Assembly: GCF_018350175.1 (NCBI RefSeq) | Contig: NC_058374.1 | Location: 74,896,001-74,960,000, forward strand | DNA length: 64,000 bases | Origin: Felis catus | Lineage: Eukaryota | Reading direction: 5' to 3' | Shown here: positions 35,868-50,995 of the stretch, piece after piece | Layout: the number at the start of each line of letters is the position of its first letter | Numbering within the stretch: position 1 is the stretch's first letter | The notes under the pieces: generated by a model | What the model saw: the letters and a program-made list of their open reading frames with translations, nothing else | The model's database searches: none | What the model was told of the DNA's origin: nothing | Program-made: the position numbers and the translations under genes

Positions 35868-36535
35868 TAGGGCGTCTAGAGAAGATTAATGCCCTTGGGC
35901 TCTAGACCCCCAACGACCCGTTTTCTGGGGTGGGAACACTATCTTTAATGAAGAAGCATCCCTAAAGCCCTGAAATTGCACTGCTGTCTACAGGCCGTAT
36001 GTTTGCCCCTTGTCACTGTCTTGCCCACTGTCCACAGTGTAGCTCTGAGGGCTTTGATACCTGTAGGGTCTCCCAAATGATCAGTGTCCAACCTGAGACA
36101 AATCCAGGGAGCTCCAAACCTTAGCCACCCTTTCAGCTATAGTGCAGACTGTAGAGGCCGTCGCTGCCGCTGCTCAGTAGGCGGCCTGGGGAGGCAGTGT
36201 GGGAGAATGGGAGGCGGAAGGTAACAGTTTGCCAGGGTCATCCTAGGGGATTCCAGGCTGATGCTGGTCGAGTCCTCACTTCACTCCTTCCTTTCCTGGA
36301 CCCCATTGCTCCCTGGAACAGAGCTACAGTACTGACACCTTTTACTGCTATGTTTTAGTCAGCCTGTAGCCATCCTAGACGTAGGTCTGGATCTTCCTGG
36401 TCTCTCCAGAAACCTGCTGGGAGGTCTAACAATATAAATGCGTCTCCCAGGGAGGTTATGCGGCCTACATGTGGGTGGCGGCTTGGGACCATCAGGACAC
36501 TTGGACTGTAAAGGTTCTGTGTCTGTCTCTTGCAG

Positions 36536-36580
36536 CCACCAGAGGACGTTTGTGCTAGAAGTGATGGGCCGGCACTGTGG
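36536..36580 (+). CDS. PFKM: PFKM exon 7 (45 nt): HQRTFVLEVMGRHCG
   Basis: tgcag| and |gtaaga; EVMGR motif. Confidence 0.97.
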
Positions 36581-36977
36581 GTAAGATCCCCGTCTCGACT
36601 CATCTGTTCTGTGGAACCAGCAGTAGCCTTCTCTTCCCCAGAGAGTCCAAAGAGGTCTCCCAGGGATAGCAGATTCAGAGGTGTCCATGCTTGTCTCGGT
36701 TATGGCCCCCTTTCCCCACCCCCATACCCACGCGTGCAAGGGTGTGCCTGTGTGCCCGTGCACAGGACAGACACCGCTCTGAGATTAGAAGCCACCGTGG
36801 CAGGTGAGCACGAAGAGAAGGTGCCCTTCAGGGACAAAACTTCACTGAGAAGCTGTCTCAGCGGCACTCTTACCCTCACCCCAAGCATGAAAGCACAGAT
36901 CCTCACATATTTCACCACCTATGGGAACAGGCAGACCTGCCAGGTACGGGTTAGGCAGTCTGGAGCGTGGCTCCTAG

Positions 36978-37217
<240 letters not shown>

Positions 37218-37224
37218 TGACCAG

Positions 37225-37320
37225 ACAAGGACCCGTGGTTCTCGTCTCAACATCATCATTGTGGCTGAGGGTGCCATCGACAAGACTGGGAAACCCATAA
37301 CCTCAGAAGACATCAAGAAT
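37225..37320 (+). CDS. PFKM: PFKM exon 9 (96 nt): [32 protein letters not shown]
   Basis: accag| and |gttagt; VAEGA motif. Confidence 0.97.
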
Positions 37321-37517
37321 GTTAGTATGAATGAAACCAGAGAGGCCTTGGACACCACCCCCACCCCCTTCCCCAGTGACTTCTGAGTCTCCCCTTAGTC
37401 CTTCTGTACAACTCTCCCCAGGTTTCCTGCTCCCTGGTTTCCCAGGAAGATAAGATATAAGATAAGAGGCTAAGCCATTGTGGTTTATCTAAGCCTCTGC
37501 TTGTTTTTTCTCTTTGA

Positions 37518-37787
<270 letters not shown>

Positions 37788-38231
37788 TGACTCATTCCCA
37801 TCCACCCGAGTTCTCTTCTGTTGCAAAAAATGATGGGAAATTATATGCTCTCCAAATAGTGAGGCCTAATATCTCAGCTTTGATCATTAGTAAAATTATT
37901 AAGATCTAACCTTAAGACACTCAGGTTGAACCCTCTCATCCTACTTTCGTTAGAAGAGAGAGAGGCAATACTCTCCCTTGTTTTATCAATAAGAAGGGAA
38001 TATTAAGCCTCAGTAATCTCCTTGATTACTACAATGGACATGCTTCTCTGGAACCAAATAGAATTCTAATGGTAAGAGGATGAAGAATCAAGCTTTAGAT
38101 GAAATCTGGGTAGGGAGATAAAGCCCCATAAGCTCTTAGCTGTAGTCCTTAAATGTGCAATTCAACCCTGTGATCTGGAAGGGCCTCAGGTGCCCTGGCT
38201 CTCCAGGCCCAGTCCAGATGGGGAGGCCTGA

Positions 38232-38417
<186 letters not shown>

Positions 38418-39544
38418 TAACAGCCCAAGCCCCTGTCTTTGAGCTAGAGCTTAGAGGGAAAGAGACCAACTTCGAAGGCCACTGGAACTCCTGTTGGAGA
38501 TGGGAAGGCAGCATGGTGTAGTTAAGAGTCAAATGAGGAAAGGGCACAGTAGGCTTTGCATAGGAGCTGTCCCCTCTCTAAGCCTCAGTGTCCCCATCTG
38601 TTAAATGTTCCTAAGAAACGTGGGAGACGCTACATCTTACCAAGTAGTGAGACCCAACATCGCACAATATCCAGCCTCGGATGCTTTTGCCCTGTCTTTG
38701 TTGGAAAAGAAACGGAGTATGTCTCCAAACGTTATTAAAAGCAGGGAATAGTATTATGGTCTGGCTGGCTAGCTCGTATGTTTCTATGGTTTCTACCTTG
38801 AACATGTTTCTCTGAAACAACGTGAGGTTCCTAACACTCACCCTGAGGGCTACTGTAAGGAGCAGAGGGAAGCTTTGTAGAAGGTCTGATGCAGTATCTG
38901 GAAAATACCGGGTGCTCAGGAAATGGCTCTTATTACAAAGGAATCACTCCTGTGATACCACAGAGCAGTGTGTCTGGGGCTGAGGTGTCTGGCTGATTCT
39001 TAGGACTGGCCTGCATGCTCAGGGCTGGCTCCCCAATTCCTGGCCTGCTTCTCCCTCAAACTGGGAGTCCCAGAAACCTGCAGCCTAGACAGGCTCCAGC
39101 CTTGCTTGGAACTGTGTATCCCAAAAGCTGAAGCGCGGGCTCACAGAGCAGAAATCAGTAGCTGGGAGACACACGGCAGGGATCAGCTTTTCTTCCTAAC
39201 TGGGATCCGTAGGGTCTTCTTCATACACTCAGTTTAGAGGCTACTTTCAGGTTGCGGAATGGAGGAAGATGCTGTTTTATGTGTGAGCACTCCTCCACTC
39301 TGAAAAATATTCGAGTAAGTAGAGCATTGAATCAGCTCCCTCCTTTGGCTGCTCATTTCTCCGAAAATTAAGGAAAAACAAAGATGCTGCTTTCTGTGAA
39401 TGTCTGGGGAGCATAGCAAAGGTGGGAGGCGTGGTGCGTAGGATCCAGGCATAAGAGTGGAGACAGAGCGTTACCACGGGCTAGGAATCCAGCTGTGTAG
39501 AACCCTGCCCTGTAGTCATGACTCTTGCTGTGCTCCTCCCTCAG

Positions 39545-39609
39545 ACCAAAGATGTGACCAAGGCCATGAACGACAGGAAATTTGATGAAGCCATGAAGCT
39601 GAGAGGCCG
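39545..39609 (+). CDS. PFKM: PFKM exon 12 (65 nt): TKDVTKAMNDRKFDEAMKLRGR
   Basis: ctcag| and |gtgagg; in phase. Confidence 0.97.
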
Positions 39610-39993
39610 GTGAGGAACGACCGGAAGCTCACTAGCTACAGAAATCAGATATTGGAATGGAGCAAAAAACGGACATGGTTTCAGACCCAATATAAGAGCT
39701 TCTGCCCCTCCCTGTTCTTATTGTCTCTGTGACAGTTCCTTCCTGAGAGAGCTGGTTGTGAGGTGACCAGGAGGCACAGTTTGTCCCAGGGATGCTCTTC
39801 CTGGGATTGGCCTGCTGTAATCCAGTGGTTTTTGTGTGGGTTCCAGCCAGGTTTTCAGTTTCTCCAGCCAAGGGACAGCGTGTCGTGCTGAGTGCAGTGC
39901 CTGGGAGAAGAGTCCTCAGGGAGGGTTTGATCGGTTACTGGCCCTTTTTCAGCCCCTGCCCAGTCCCTGCCAGGTCCCAGTTATGTCCTTTGA

Positions 39994-40212
<219 letters not shown>

Positions 40213-40499
40213 TGAAGTGCCACCTCCACTCGTATAACCTAGAGCCTGGCCAGCTTCTTCGCCCCACTAAAATCTCCAGTGCCGAGTCCCTGACCCTACT
40301 AAGAAATTTTCTCTTAGCCCCCCCAGATACCAGCCCCATGTTCTTAATGTGCCCCGGACATCTCTGCCCCAAGGCCCACATCCAATTTAGGATCGACGAG
40401 GTAGCGTGCAAGGACTGGGAAAGAGATTTACGGATTAATCCTTTGGGCAGACCTGGGAATGATCATATGAATGTACTTCAGCCACTTCTTCCCCTGAAG

Positions 40500-40678
40500 T
40501 AGTGGTTCTCGGTACTGAGTGTCTATCAGAATCATCTGGGCTGCTTATTTAACGTGCAGATTGCTGGATCCTTCCCTCAGAGAGGATTTAGCTCTGGGGT
40601 CGCGGCCAGGAATAGGTTGGTTTAACAGGCTCCCTAGATCAGGCGGTCCAAATATCACACTTTGGGAAATGCTGCTCT
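40500..40678. mobile_element. MER5-like hAT-Charlie MITE
   Basis: AGTGGTTCTC..ATCAGAATCATCTGGG..TGCAGATTGCTGG..CACACTTTGGGAAATGCTG. Confidence 0.65.
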
Positions 40679-40847
40679 GGAAGGCCTCATTTGTTACGTA
40701 ATGCTATCTGTGGGCAGGGACAGCGGTTTTCCTTATTGATTTGTGATAAAGAATTTGCTTCCACAGGATGAGGGAACAGGCTGTGCTGGCATTCCTGGAG
40801 AGGGGGTACATTGTCCAGAGGCACATGTCCTGACCCTAGGACCATGA

Positions 40848-41105
<258 letters not shown>

Positions 41106-41447
41106 TGAGGCACGTAGCAGGGGTGACCTGTCGGTCTTTTTCTTTCTCCTGGCCCCTCCCCTCTCTCTCTACCTTTCTTTCCTCTCAGGGTTTGAGCAGA
41201 AGTAGATGCTTAATTTTAGGGCAGTATGAATAGGCAGGAGCCACTGAAATGAACCCTTTACAGGCAACACACCTTGTTTAATTCTCTGTCCCAAAGCTCA
41301 GTGCAGTGCCTGGCATAAGTAGGTGCTTACTATTTGTGAATGGGCAATAAGACCAGAGGAAGTTCACTGAGGTGGGGAAAAGCCGATGCGTGGTGTTCCT
41401 CTTCCAGCCAGGGGCGTGTCGGGGTGGGATCAGAACTCAGGAAGTAG

Positions 41448-41561
<114 letters not shown>

Positions 41562-41861
41562 TAAGTGGCATTTTGGAAGCACCTCCTCCTAGTCACCCCT
41601 AAAGATGTCCCTTGGAATGTGGGTGTCAGTTCATTAGGTCAGCGTCTACACTGCTGTAGTCTGCATCTTCTGTCCCCAAGCTCACAGTTGCCTCAGTGAG
41701 GGCAGGCCTGCATATCTAGACATCTCTTAGCAGCTCTAGCAGTTTTAAGCCCCAGGATGTGTACAGCCATGAGAGGGGTGGCAGGGAAGGGGGCACAGGT
41801 CAAGAAGTTATACATAAAGCACATTCTAATTCTAGCTTTTTTCTCCCTCAACTTTGCTTAA

Positions 41862-42229
<368 letters not shown>

Positions 42230-42607
42230 GTGAGAGCCCGCCTCCGCTTCCCAGGCCTCTGGCCAGCTCTGTAATCCCTGGACCACGTGTGCTGGAGAGT
42301 GAGCTACTGTTTTTGTACTAACCAAGTGACAGTGTTCGAACGGTGCCTCTTCGAGCCCAGGCCCTTACGCACTTTATTTCTCCACGCTACGGTGTTCATT
42401 CTCACCTGTCAGCCTCCAACGCATCAGTACTCTGCGTCCCAAATGTTTTTTTCCGTCCTGAGGTCAGATAGCCTAATTTCCCTGCCCTGAACAATACAAA
42501 GGGTAAGTACAGCTTCCTTCCCAGGAGGCGAGTTCCACAGGGCAGTTGGCAGGTGTGCCGGCCGCCCCCTAAGGCAAGAACTTGATGAGGCATAGGGGCC
42601 TGGCTGA

Positions 42608-42952
<345 letters not shown>

Positions 42953-43935
42953 TGAGAGCTCAAGATGAGGATAGCTGCTTGGTCTCTGGGGCCCTGCGAG
43001 GAAACTAGAAAGAGCAGCAAGAGGGCATCTCCGGTGTAACCTCGCACACATGACCACAGCTGCTGTTTCTGGAGCATTCGTTTCGAAGGCCCCATGTTGC
43101 TAAGCCCTTCTCAACGTGTTTTTGCATTTTGTCTTCAAAACACACGTGCAAGGGAGCTATTATTATCTCCGTGTTACGGACGAGAAAGATTTAAAGAGGT
43201 TAAAAGACTTTTCTAAATTTGTGAGTAGGTGGTGTAACTAACAGAGAAAGTCGGTGGTGTCTCTACTGATCATGCCACCCGCCCTGGGCTCCCTTGCTAC
43301 CAAAGCAGACTCTTCTCATTCCTGTCCCTTCCAGGGTTGGGGTAGGGCGCTCCGATTCCTTTTTCTCAGAGGGGCCGTATGATCCTAGTTTTCTAAGATC
43401 TCAGTTCACTGGAGGGAAGAAGAGCCACAAAGTGCAGGGGCAGCAGGCTGAGGGAACTCCCTCATGCAAGAACTCAAGTCCCTGCTAGGAATGGAAGGTG
43501 GGAGTCTTCCTCCTTCACCCCCAGCTCAAAGCCCAGATGAAGAAACTGGTTCCTCCCAAGCGAATCACTGCTGCACCGACAAGCAACCCATTCAAAGGCC
43601 AACACTGAGAGCAGTGCCCCCCCCCCCCCCCCCCCCCGCCCCGCCTCGGCCCTCTGAGGGAAGGGAAGCAGAATCCCTTGGAAGGGGACACTGGGAGCAG
43701 GTGGAAAGGTGAAGACCGGCAGTTACCACGGCTGTCCTTAACTCACCCTCTCCCAGTTCTGCCTGGCTCGTTTGGAGTCTTTGTTCACATTGCAGCGTGC
43801 ACTGAACTTCTCACAGGGACTAGGCACAGATTGTAAACAGCTCTCTTCCAGTCTCTCTCCCCATCTGGAGAGGCCTGGTGGGGAACAAGAGATCCGTGCA
43901 CTTGCCCGGCCTTATCCACTCCTGGCAAGGCTTAA

Positions 43936-44058
<123 letters not shown>

Positions 44059-44247
44059 TAGGCTTTGGCTCTAGCCCACAGAATGAATCCATGGTTGGGA
44101 TGCCCTGAGGAATTTGGGGACACAGTGAGAGAACTGGAGCCATGGGAGGAGACAGAAAAGGGAAGAACAAAGCCTACTGAAGCAGAAAAGGGTTGGGAGG
44201 GATGGGGAGACAACCAAAGTCACAGGCTTTTGGTCTCTACCTGGCAG

Positions 44248-44359
44248 GAATGAGAAGTGCAATGAGAACTACACCACGGACTTCATCTTCAACCTGTACT
44301 CTGAGGAGGGGAAGGGCATATTTGACAGCAGGAAGAATGTGCTTGGGCACATGCAGCAG
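44248..44359 (+). CDS. PFKM: PFKM exon 20 (112 nt): [37 protein letters not shown]
   Basis: ggcag| and |gtcggg; in phase. Confidence 0.97.
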
Positions 44360-44555
44360 GTCGGGAAAACACCCCAGTCATCCCCTTCACCAGACGGCCA
44401 CAATCCCCGATAGCCATTGGGTCTCCCACTGGTCCCCAATCTGCTGGAGGCTGTCGGTGCCACCACAGAGCACGAGCCTGCAGTTTTTACTGTCACAGAA
44501 TCGAAACAGCATTACCCTGGAAATGGCCTTTGAGGTTATGTGATCCCTCCTGGGG

Positions 44556-44776
44556 CAGGGCTTCTCAGCACTGGCACCACTGTCATTTGGGGCTGGATAA
44601 ATCTTTGTTGCGGGTGGCCGTTCTGTGCCATTGCGGGATGCTTTAGCAACATCCCTGGACTCTACCCACTAGATGCCAGTAGCACCTCCCTCCTAAGTTG
44701 TAACAAATACAAAATGTCTCCAGATTTTTGCCAAATGTCCCCTGGGGGGCAAAATCATCTCCAGTTGAGAACCACT
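44556..44776. mobile_element. MER20 hAT-Charlie element
   Basis: CAGGGCTTCTCA..CATTTGGGGCTGGATAA..TCTACCCACTAGATGCCAGTAGCACC..GTTGAGAACCACT. Confidence 0.85.
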
Positions 44777-45652
44777 AATTCAGACGAAGAAAACGAGGCC
44801 CAGACGGGAGAAACAACTTTTTTAGGGCCGCTCATCAAACTTGGGTGAGAGCCAGAATGCACTCCAGTGCTCTTCCCAGCATGCCATGCTGCCTTCCTGT
44901 GCGAGAAGTACCGCCACCTTGCTGGTGTTGGGCTCTGTCTGCACTAACCGGGGTTTCCGGGGGAAACGAATTCCCTTCTGCTGTCCACATTCAATCCCCA
45001 CCTACGGCAGGCCTCGCTCACAGACGGTACTGGTGGTCTTAGGCCTCCCCATCCCAAAGCTGATTCTGCTTAAGTATGGACCTTTGACCGTTGTCTACCT
45101 ACCTACCTATGAATTCCCAGTATCCTCAACTTGAATGAGCTTATTAGCCCCTGCAGGAATGGGGTCTGACTGGATAAAGCATGGCGATCTATTCCCCACT
45201 TTCCCACCTCCTTTCACTTAGTTCAGAGAAAATCTGCATGATGTTTTATATTATTCTGAGGTGCTACCAAGGACATCTATGTTGGTTCACAAGGAACACT
45301 TCTGTCGATGATGGTGACTGACAAAAGCTGCTAGGCTGAAGAGGGGCAAGGAGGCGACTGGCCAATCAGACTGGAAGTGAATGAACAGGATCTGGCAGCT
45401 GTGGAGCTAGAGGCGGCGGTTGTGAGACCAGGTCCCCCCATGTCTAATTAGTTACTCTTACCCCTGGTAAATGGCCAAATAAGCTGTGCCAGCTCACTCT
45501 GTTCTCCGCGCTGTCTCAGGATTTCCTTCATGGTTAGACTTTTGGATTCCTGTTTCCAGCTGCAAACCTGGGGCCTGTTCTTTCCTTTTTTCTGTGTGTA
45601 TTCAGGTATCTCTGCCACTTCATTAGAGTCCTTCCCTCTGTAATTTTTATGA

Positions 45653-45826
<174 letters not shown>

Positions 45827-45829
45827 TGA

Positions 45830-45952
<123 letters not shown>

Positions 45953-46175
45953 TGAGTACATCTACTTCCCCGGTAGTTTCAGGATCTGCTCTTCCCAACC
46001 TGTTCGCTGTCTTCGATCCTTTTATCTTAGGAGTAACACCTGGACTCGTACCCGTTTCGGATCTTAGGCCATGTCCTAAAATCCAGCCTCTTCTGTTCAA
46101 CTTGTTCCTATAAGCTTTTGATAGAAATCAGTTGGGGTGCTGAAAGATTAAATCATCTGTCTCATTCCTCTGTAG

Positions 46176-46320
46176 CCACCGCATCCCCAAGGAGCAGTGG
46201 TGGCTGAAGCTGAGGCCCATCCTCAAAATCCTAGCCAAGTATGAGATTGACTTGGACACCTCAGAGCACGCCCACCTGGAGCACATCAGCCGGAAGCGAT
46301 CTGGAGAAGCTTCTATCTAA
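46176..46320 (+). CDS. PFKM: PFKM last exon, coding part: [47 protein letters not shown] (canonical protein 782 aa if the gap exon has human length)
   Basis: tgtag| acceptor, TAA at 46318-46320, C-terminal RKRS PKA motif retained. Confidence 0.97.
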
Positions 46321-46682
46321 CCCTCTTTGGAGTGAGGGTAATGGATTGTCTGATCATGGTCAGCTCACCCCCTGATAGATCCAAGTCCATGCATTCTCAA
46401 GTGTTTTAGCCCATTTTTCATTAGGTTTCCTTTTAATCTGCACCTGTAGCCATGACCAGCTCTGGCCAGGGAGCTGAGGCAGTGGGCAGTGCGTAGAAGG
46501 TCCTTTGAGGTAGAATTTATCATCACTTCTACCCCAGCTTCATTTGTCACACAAGACCGGGCTCCTCTAGTGCTACTGCTAGATTTCAACTACTTGGTTA
46601 GAATCTTCCTAAAAATAAGCTCTATTTATTTCTTGTGATAACAAAGTCTTGGTTCCTCTACTACTCTGACTGCAGTAACACT

Positions 46683-46688
46683 AATAAA
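46683..46688 (+). terminator. PFKM: PFKM polyadenylation signal AATAAA
   Basis: First AATAAA I found after the stop, followed by U/GU-rich sequence (46705-46740). Confidence 0.7.
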
Positions 46689-47791
46689 GGCCAACTGGTC
46701 ACTGTGCTTTTGGTTCTCCTGTTGTCAGTTTTGTAAGTAGAATGTCATACTGTCAACCCAAAGCACCAGACCCTGCTCAGACAGACATGTGGGAAAATGC
46801 AGCCCATATGATCACCCCATGTACTCCTCTCCATCTCTTGGCTCTGCACATACGGTCCTAGAACATCATATACTGGTCCTTACCCCCTATCGCACACTAG
46901 TCCCTCCTGCGTCCTCTGTAGCCATAAGGTGCCCTGCCAGTCTCCCTTAAGCATGAAGTTGTGTTTCACCTCGTGATCATATACCCATTACCTAGGGGTT
47001 TTTCCAGCCATTCCATGATCTCTACTTCTCTTCTGACAACTCAGGGTTCTTCCTTCTCAACTCTTCCCCTGTTATTCCTTCCTAGATGAAACGCAGACCC
47101 CATTTGTGGGGAGACATGCACATTTTGAACGCCTGGGAAAGAGACCCCCACTCCTGGACCCGGTTTGGTGGGCTGGCTGAAATACTGCTTGAGAAAGCGG
47201 TCAGTTCTCATTCAGCTCCATTTGTTTTCTATTCCATAACAATAGCTTCTTCCTTATCAGCCAAGTAACCATGTAATGTAGTTGGTCTTCAGGAGCGAGA
47301 CCGCAGATTTTACCCAAATTGACAGGATGGCACCTGTTGATGCCAAGTTTAAGCTTAGCCTCCAATAACCAGATCCTGACTCTCAGCACAAGCGTACATA
47401 CTCCTCCCAACCCAGTTTCCTCACCTGCCTGATGAAGCAGGAAGAGGTTCAAGGTTTTACCAGCCGTGGAGGAATGATGATCTCTAATATGTCACTTTTG
47501 CTGGCTATCCAAAGTATTACCTTTACACCCTGAAAACAGTTCTGAACAGCAACTGAGAAGGCTTGTCAGGAGTCCAGACTTCAGGCAGCCAAATGCTCTT
47601 TGTGCAGTTCATTAAGGGGAAGAAAAATTAACAGTAAATATTAAGCCCTGGTATCACTGCATCCTCAAAACAGCTTATGAGAGAGGTGGTGACAGCCCAT
47701 TTCAAAGTTACGGACAACGGGGCTCCGGGTGATTAAACAATGTGGAGAAAAGCAGGAACAGTAGAAACTGCCAAACTTGCTTTTAGAAGTG

Positions 47792-47924
47792 TTTATTTCT
47801 TTTTTAAGTGAGCAAACAAAACAAAACAAAACAAAACAAAAAACAAAAACACCAATGGCAGAAGGGCAAAAGCAGACATGTTTTTTCGAATTAGCTGTGT
47901 CAGCAGATTGCAGTCATTTTTATT
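47792..47924 (-). terminator. ASB8: Candidate ASB8 polyadenylation signals (AATAAA on minus at 47792-47797 and 47919-47924)
   Basis: TTTATT on the plus strand, 1.2-1.3 kb past the ASB8 stop codon. Confidence 0.5.
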
Positions 47925-49101
47925 TGTAGTTCCCGATCAACTTAAAAAAAGTTTTTCAAATTTGCATCTGGGTCATCCAAGATAATAACAACTTGATCTG
48001 GTTTAGGGACATGAAAAGGAAGAGTATCATTGACTAAGTATGGTTCACTAAAACAGTTCTTTTTTGAGTAGGTGGGCCAGCTTGAAAGCAGCTCTTATAA
48101 TGCTCTTCCCCCACTCGCTGGCCTCCCCCAATGTCTTGTATAGATCCGTAAAAATCAAAGTTGCCAAAACAACTGAAAGGAAAATAATTCTGAACCCTTA
48201 GTAGCGTGAATTCCCTAAAGGGAAATGAAGACGACCCATGGGAAAAGGCAGCCCAGCCCATCTCCTTCCCGGCTAGAGTAAACACCTTCATCTAAGGTGC
48301 AAGAGCACCTGCTAATAAGCCCATTGGAGCAAACTGGCGTTCACCAAGAGAAAGAACTGCGTTAGAAAAGTTCTTAGGACTGCTCAGAACCTGCTACCTC
48401 TTCTACTATGTGGAAAGCAGTAAGAAAATGTTAGTTCTGAAATAACACTGCTGAACTACTGGAACCCTCAGGCACACCCATGGAAAAGAGGCCAAGACCG
48501 CTGTTTCCTTTGATGGTGAGAGGGGGCCAGTCCCTTCTGAATGCTCCATGACGTGGCACTCTAGGAATATCATCCAGCCCAACTGTGAATCTGCACACCA
48601 TTTGAGCTTTTAGTATCTTCACCTTTGGGCCACATTTAAGAACATTTAAGAATTTGTTAGCTGGACTTTTCTTAGACTTCTTCACTGACCAGTTAAAATG
48701 TTTCTAGAGGGATTCTTCTGAAATGTTAATCATGTTCCCAAAGGAAAACTAAACACACACTCTTTAAATACTCTTCATCTTCCTAGAGAATTCAGTTGCA
48801 TTGTTGACTTTTTCCGTAAAGGGGGGAGGGGGGTAGGGGGAGACCTCTTCGCTTGCAGGGTGCAATATAAAAAGCCAAGTAAGCAATAAAGAGAAAACAA
48901 AAGTGAGGGATTTTTTTGTTTGTTTGGTTGCTTGGTTTGGGGAGGGGAGGTGGTGTGGAGGTGACTGTTGTGACATGTTGCCTCTAAATATAAACCACAC
49001 AACAGGAACAACTGCTTTTCCTGTTTTCCAAGACAAAGAGTACCACAGGGAAAAATCTCACCCAGAGTTGCCTGCCTGATGGTGCAAACAACTTCTCCAG
49101 C

Positions 49102-49734
49102 CTACTCCACAAGTAAGAGGTATTCCTTCAGAGAGGCTGGCAGTGGAAGGCCCTTCACTGCATCTGGCAGATACTGGAGGCCCAAACTCCGGCGCACAGC
49201 ATAGCGAGACAGTGTTTTTAGAGTTCCTGGGGCTGAGCACAGAACAGTCAGTTTTTCACACAGCTGCTGGTCTCTGGCCACTTCCCGTGGCATGGTGCCA
49301 TTCTTCCTTAATTCAAAGTGTCCAACAGCTCTGTGGAGAAGCTCAAAGCAAGAGTCTTCTTTCTCTGTTCCAAGTCCCCTGACTAATAGAGCCACCAGGC
49401 GGGAGATGGGCGTCTGGCCTTTTAGGTTGATGACTCTGACTTCCGCTCCGTAATCAAGAAGGATGCTGACGCTCTCCAGATTTCCCTTCATGGCAGCCCA
49501 GCTGAGCGGGGTATCGTTGTTATAATCCAGGGCATTGACAGAAGCCCCACTCTCCAGGAGGGCCCGCACACACTCAGCATTGTTCTTAAAGGCTGCCCAG
49601 TGAAGTGGGGTATCTCGGTTGCCATCCAGCGCGTTGGGGTTTGCGCCATACTCCAAGAGGACCTCCACACAAGCCTCATCTTTCTCAGCTGCATAGTGGA
49701 GGGCTGTTCGGTTGTAACCATCCAGGGCATTCAC
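49102..49734 (-). CDS. ASB8: ASB8 last coding exon (633 nt): ankyrin repeats plus C-terminal SOCS box
   Basis: ttacag|GTG acceptor. Repeated TALH/TPLH/TPLS ankyrin motifs, SOCS box PGTLKTLSRYAVRRSLG..LPLPASLKEYLL, TAG at 49102-49104. Confidence 0.97.
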   Translation of the reverse strand: MNALDGYNRTALHYAAEKDEACVEVLLEYGANPNALDGNRDTPLHWAAFKNNAECVRALLESGASVNALDYNNDTPLSWAAMKGNLESVSILLDYGAEVRVINLKGQTPISRLVALLVRGLGTEKEDSCFELLHRAVGHFELRKNGTMPREVARDQQLCEKLTVLCSAPGTLKTLSRYAVRRSLGLQYLPDAVKGLPLPASLKEYLLLVE

Positions 49735-50769
49735 CTGTAAAGACGGAGGAACTATATGACAGTAGCTAGACTACCGAGAGGAAGATGGGTGGGCAAAGAA
49801 GCTTGCATGTGTTTATCCACGACCTGCGCTCTGTCATGTTCTGAATATGAGAATCAACAAGCAATTCCCAGGGAGTCTTGGTGATCGAGACGGAGAGATG
49901 TCAGGAGCTTCGGAGCAAATAGGAAGAGAGCGGTCTCAAAACAACCAGCACTCTATTATGTGCACTGATCAGCTGGCCTGCATTATTTAGGGTTTTTCTG
50001 ATACATTCTTTATTCACTAGGATCTCTACCATGGGGTAAAGGGTAAAGAAAGAGAAGATGAAGTCTAAATCCTTGTAACTACTCTGGGAGATATTTATTG
50101 GAAAGTAGTTTCAACACATGAGCCAGAGTAAAGGTTTTGAATTATTTTACTTATCCCAACTCACTCTAACCTGTGGCTGATGGCAACCAGATTGAAAAAT
50201 AATGAGGCCAAACTCCACCCATATAGCTTTGCCGCGTTCTTTAACCATACCGAGAAGCTCAAATTGTTAATCCGATCAGCCCCTTGCAAAACTATGCCGT
50301 GCAGTCATAAGAGAACCTCAATAAAGGCATGTGAAGAGAAGAGCACAACCTTGCAATACGCAAAAGCAGCTGACTTGCTACAAATCAACATTCCCTATAA
50401 TAAAGACTTCAAAACCCAAACTTAAGACTAACATATTATCTTCCCCCATAAAATGCAATAAAAATAAGCTGATATATTTAACTCAGTTCAACTTTCTATT
50501 TAGCTAAAAACTTTCCACGCCCCCGGGGATAGTTTTCATCACTGACATTAAATCACTGGCTTTCATTTCAGGGTCACTCACAAGAGTTATGTAACAGATA
50601 ATGACAAGTAGAGAACAACATGGCTGGGTGGGTGGTGCTGCGGGCTGGCCCCTTAGGCTTACTGACCAATATGTTTGGGGCCTGCACACCAGCTTCGCGG
50701 CATGTCTGATTCCAATTGGCGCCTCAGCACGTGCAACTTCCAGACTGCTTACAAACAGTCAAAACTGCT

Positions 50770-50995
50770 TACTTATTTATTTACTTAACAAACACTTACT
50801 TAGCAATTACTACATGCCAGTGTACTAAACACTTCACAACCTTATGAAGAAGATACCATTGTCACCCCCGTTTTACGGATGGAGAAACCGAGGCAAAGAA
50901 AACTTAAGTAACTTGTTCAAAGTCCCACAGCTGGAAGTGATAGAGCTGGGATTCAAATCCGTGAAGTCTGGCTCCAGAGTCTATTCTTTTAACCT
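50770..50995 (-). mobile_element. MIR SINE
   Basis: CCCCGTTTTACGGATGGAGAAACCGAGGC..AAGTAACTTGTTCAAAGTCCCACAGCT..GGGATTCAAATCC. Confidence 0.8.

Noticed and set aside
38610-38745. ~135-bp segment interrupting a MIR, with a 47-codon open frame
   Set aside because: No recognisable homology, TSD or tail. Cannot be assigned without a database search.
43617-43645. Long C/G homopolymers (also ~627-650, 32141-32161, 57476-57497) as G-quadruplex elements
   Set aside because: Homopolymer lengths are unreliable in assemblies and nothing else indicates function.
45355-45430. Perfect NF-Y box GGCCAATCAG in PFKM intron 20 as an internal promoter
   Set aside because: A single short motif with no CpG island or supporting elements.
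46198-46203. Site of the recalled canine PFK-deficiency nonsense mutation (Trp743)
   Set aside because: Both Trp codons are intact (TGG TGG). No disabling change was seen in any visible PFKM or ASB8 exon.
49732-49734. ORF-track start of a 210-aa ASB8 protein
   Set aside because: The codon is GTG (Val) at a splice acceptor. The real start is the ATG at 53260, two exons upstream.
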